A stretch of DNA of 64,000 nt, taken from a virus. The translations under genes were made by a program, and so were the position numbers. The stretch is taken from positions 1-64,000 of the IMG/VR virus record IMGVR_UViG_3300042402_003740; one strand, given 5' to 3'. Each line of letters opens with the position of its first letter. The stretch's first letter is position 1. Shown one piece after another: positions 62,971 through 64,000 of this stretch. The notes beneath the pieces were generated by a model. It was not told the DNA's origin. It saw nothing but the letters and a program-made list of their open reading frames with translations, and did not search any database.

Positions 62971-64000
62971 ATGCCTTGGAATAATCACCGCAACCGCTGG
63001 AATCATTCATCCGCCTTCTCTTCCGCTTACACTTCCGCTTACAATGCGGTTGCTGCTGCGGCTACCGCTGCGCTCTCTGGTTTTCCTCCCGCCGATCTGG
63101 TGGCTCGGCGTGTGATCCAGTGTCCCCACTCGACCCCGTTCAAGGGACTCGACTCCCGCTCTGATGCCGTGGTGCTTGATGTGCCGTTCGGCAAGCGTGG
63201 CTCGATTGAGATCCGCCAGTGGGTGAAGCACATCGGCGGTCGTTGGGACAAGGCGACGAAGCAGTGGACGCTCTCCCGTGCGAAGTGCACGCCTGATGCG
63301 ATCAAGATCATCAACGAACTGCGCCTGTACACGGGCAAGACGGTTGCTGCGCCGAAGGCGGCGTTCCTCCCCCGCATCGCCCGAGCGGGTTCCCGCATCA
63401 TCCTCAAGGTTCCCTACGAGAGCCGCCATGAGGCGAAGTCGGCGGGTGCGGCTTGGAGCGTGTCGGATCAATACTGGTATTTCACCGTTCCGCAGACCCT
63501 TGACCAGAAGTTCTCCGAGAAGGTTGCAGACTTTGAGGTGAAGGGATGGGTTTCGATTGAGCACACCGAGCGTGAGATCATCGAAGTTCTGAAGCGGGTT
63601 CACGGTATTCGTGCACCGTACACCACTACGGCGCAACTCCAGTTTGCTGTGCCGAAGGATGAGGCGGAAGCCCGTTCCAAGTGCTTTGCCGATCCCCTGC
63701 CGTTGATTGTCTCTCCTAGCAGGGTGCAGCACCAGATTCTCGCTGACGAGAAGCAGTTCATCGAGCAGGTGCTCCAAACGGAGTTTGCACAGGGTGGGCT
63801 GCATGACAGCGTGGCTACCCGCTATGCTCTGAAGAACAGTCATGGCTTGTACCACATTCTCACGCTCGGTCGTGGCGACCGAGTTCGTGTTTCGTTCGTG
63901 AAGGGTGTCGGCAGTGCAGACCACTCCTATATGCCGAAGGAAGACGGTCGGCGTGTGTGGGATGTGCTGGTGAAGCAGGGCTACGAGATGGTCGAGCGGA
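62971..64000 (+). CDS. Hypothetical protein with two DUF5710-like repeats; runs off the window (not in the ORF track)
   Basis: Open frame from ATG 62971: LDVPF...IGGRWDKATKQW and LKVPY..RHEAKSAGAAWS...YWYF; GC3-rich codon usage. Confidence 0.75.
   Translation, partial: MPWNNHRNRWNHSSAFSSAYTSAYNAVAAAATAALSGFPPADLVARRVIQCPHSTPFKGLDSRSDAVVLDVPFGKRGSIEIRQWVKHIGGRWDKATKQWTLSRAKCTPDAIKIINELRLYTGKTVAAPKAAFLPRIARAGSRIILKVPYESRHEAKSAGAAWSVSDQYWYFTVPQTLDQKFSEKVADFEVKGWVSIEHTEREIIEVLKRVHGIRAPYTTTAQLQFAVPKDEAEARSKCFADPLPLIVSPSRVQHQILADEKQFIEQVLQTEFAQGGLHDSVATRYALKNSHGLYHILTLGRGDRVRVSFVKGVGSADHSYMPKEDGRRVWDVLVKQGYEMVER

Noticed and set aside
60526-63924. Long minus-strand ORFs (523 aa, 305 aa and others)
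   Set aside because: They are antisense shadows of GC3-rich plus-strand genes that carry recognisable motifs.
1-64000. Stop-codon reassignment
   Set aside because: Core genes are intact under code 11, TAA, TAG and TGA all end genes at expected positions, and there is no suppressor tRNA (the TAG and TGA triplets in the tRNAs are anticodons).

Overview
This is a 64-kb segment of a large T4-like (myovirus-type) dsDNA phage genome, about 42% GC by eye, rising sharply after ~59 kb. It has six parts. (1) 1-3 kb: end of a collagen-like/LamG virion gene block. (2) 3-17.9 kb (+): nucleotide-metabolism, DNA-modification and replication genes (dut, Nmad1/DUF1599-like, GT2, beta-class MTase, GroES, gp43, uvsX, gp41, gp61, thyX, nrdJ, RuvC-like) plus a PEP-CTERM-like surface protein of Phycisphaerae/Planctomycete style. 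(3) 17.9-26.9 kb (-): a late block with a tubulin/FtsZ-family GTPase translationally coupled to a holin-like gene and followed by a u-spanin-like gene, a modular cytidylyltransferase-like protein and two tRNAs. (4) 27-43 kb: two giant virion/adhesin-like genes flanking gp33-gp59-gp32, a tmRNA and four tRNAs. (5) 43-59 kb (-): a run of genes that mostly start with T4-type capsid-targeting sequences and carry (I/L)xE prohead-protease-like linkers; they include three ADP-ribosyltransferase-like proteins, a Nudix hydrolase, paired PD-(D/E)xK-like proteins and shuffled modules. (6) 59.6-64 kb (+): GC-rich, probably early genes (vWA/HExxH, HExxH, i-type-lysozyme-like, DUF5710-like) behind sigma70 promoters that share a dyad element. 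The best candidate for an undescribed system is the capsid-packaged, protease-processed, module-shuffled effector array; next is the tubulin-holin-spanin cassette in a phage whose inferred host group lacks FtsZ. All family assignments come from reading motifs by eye; no database searches were run.
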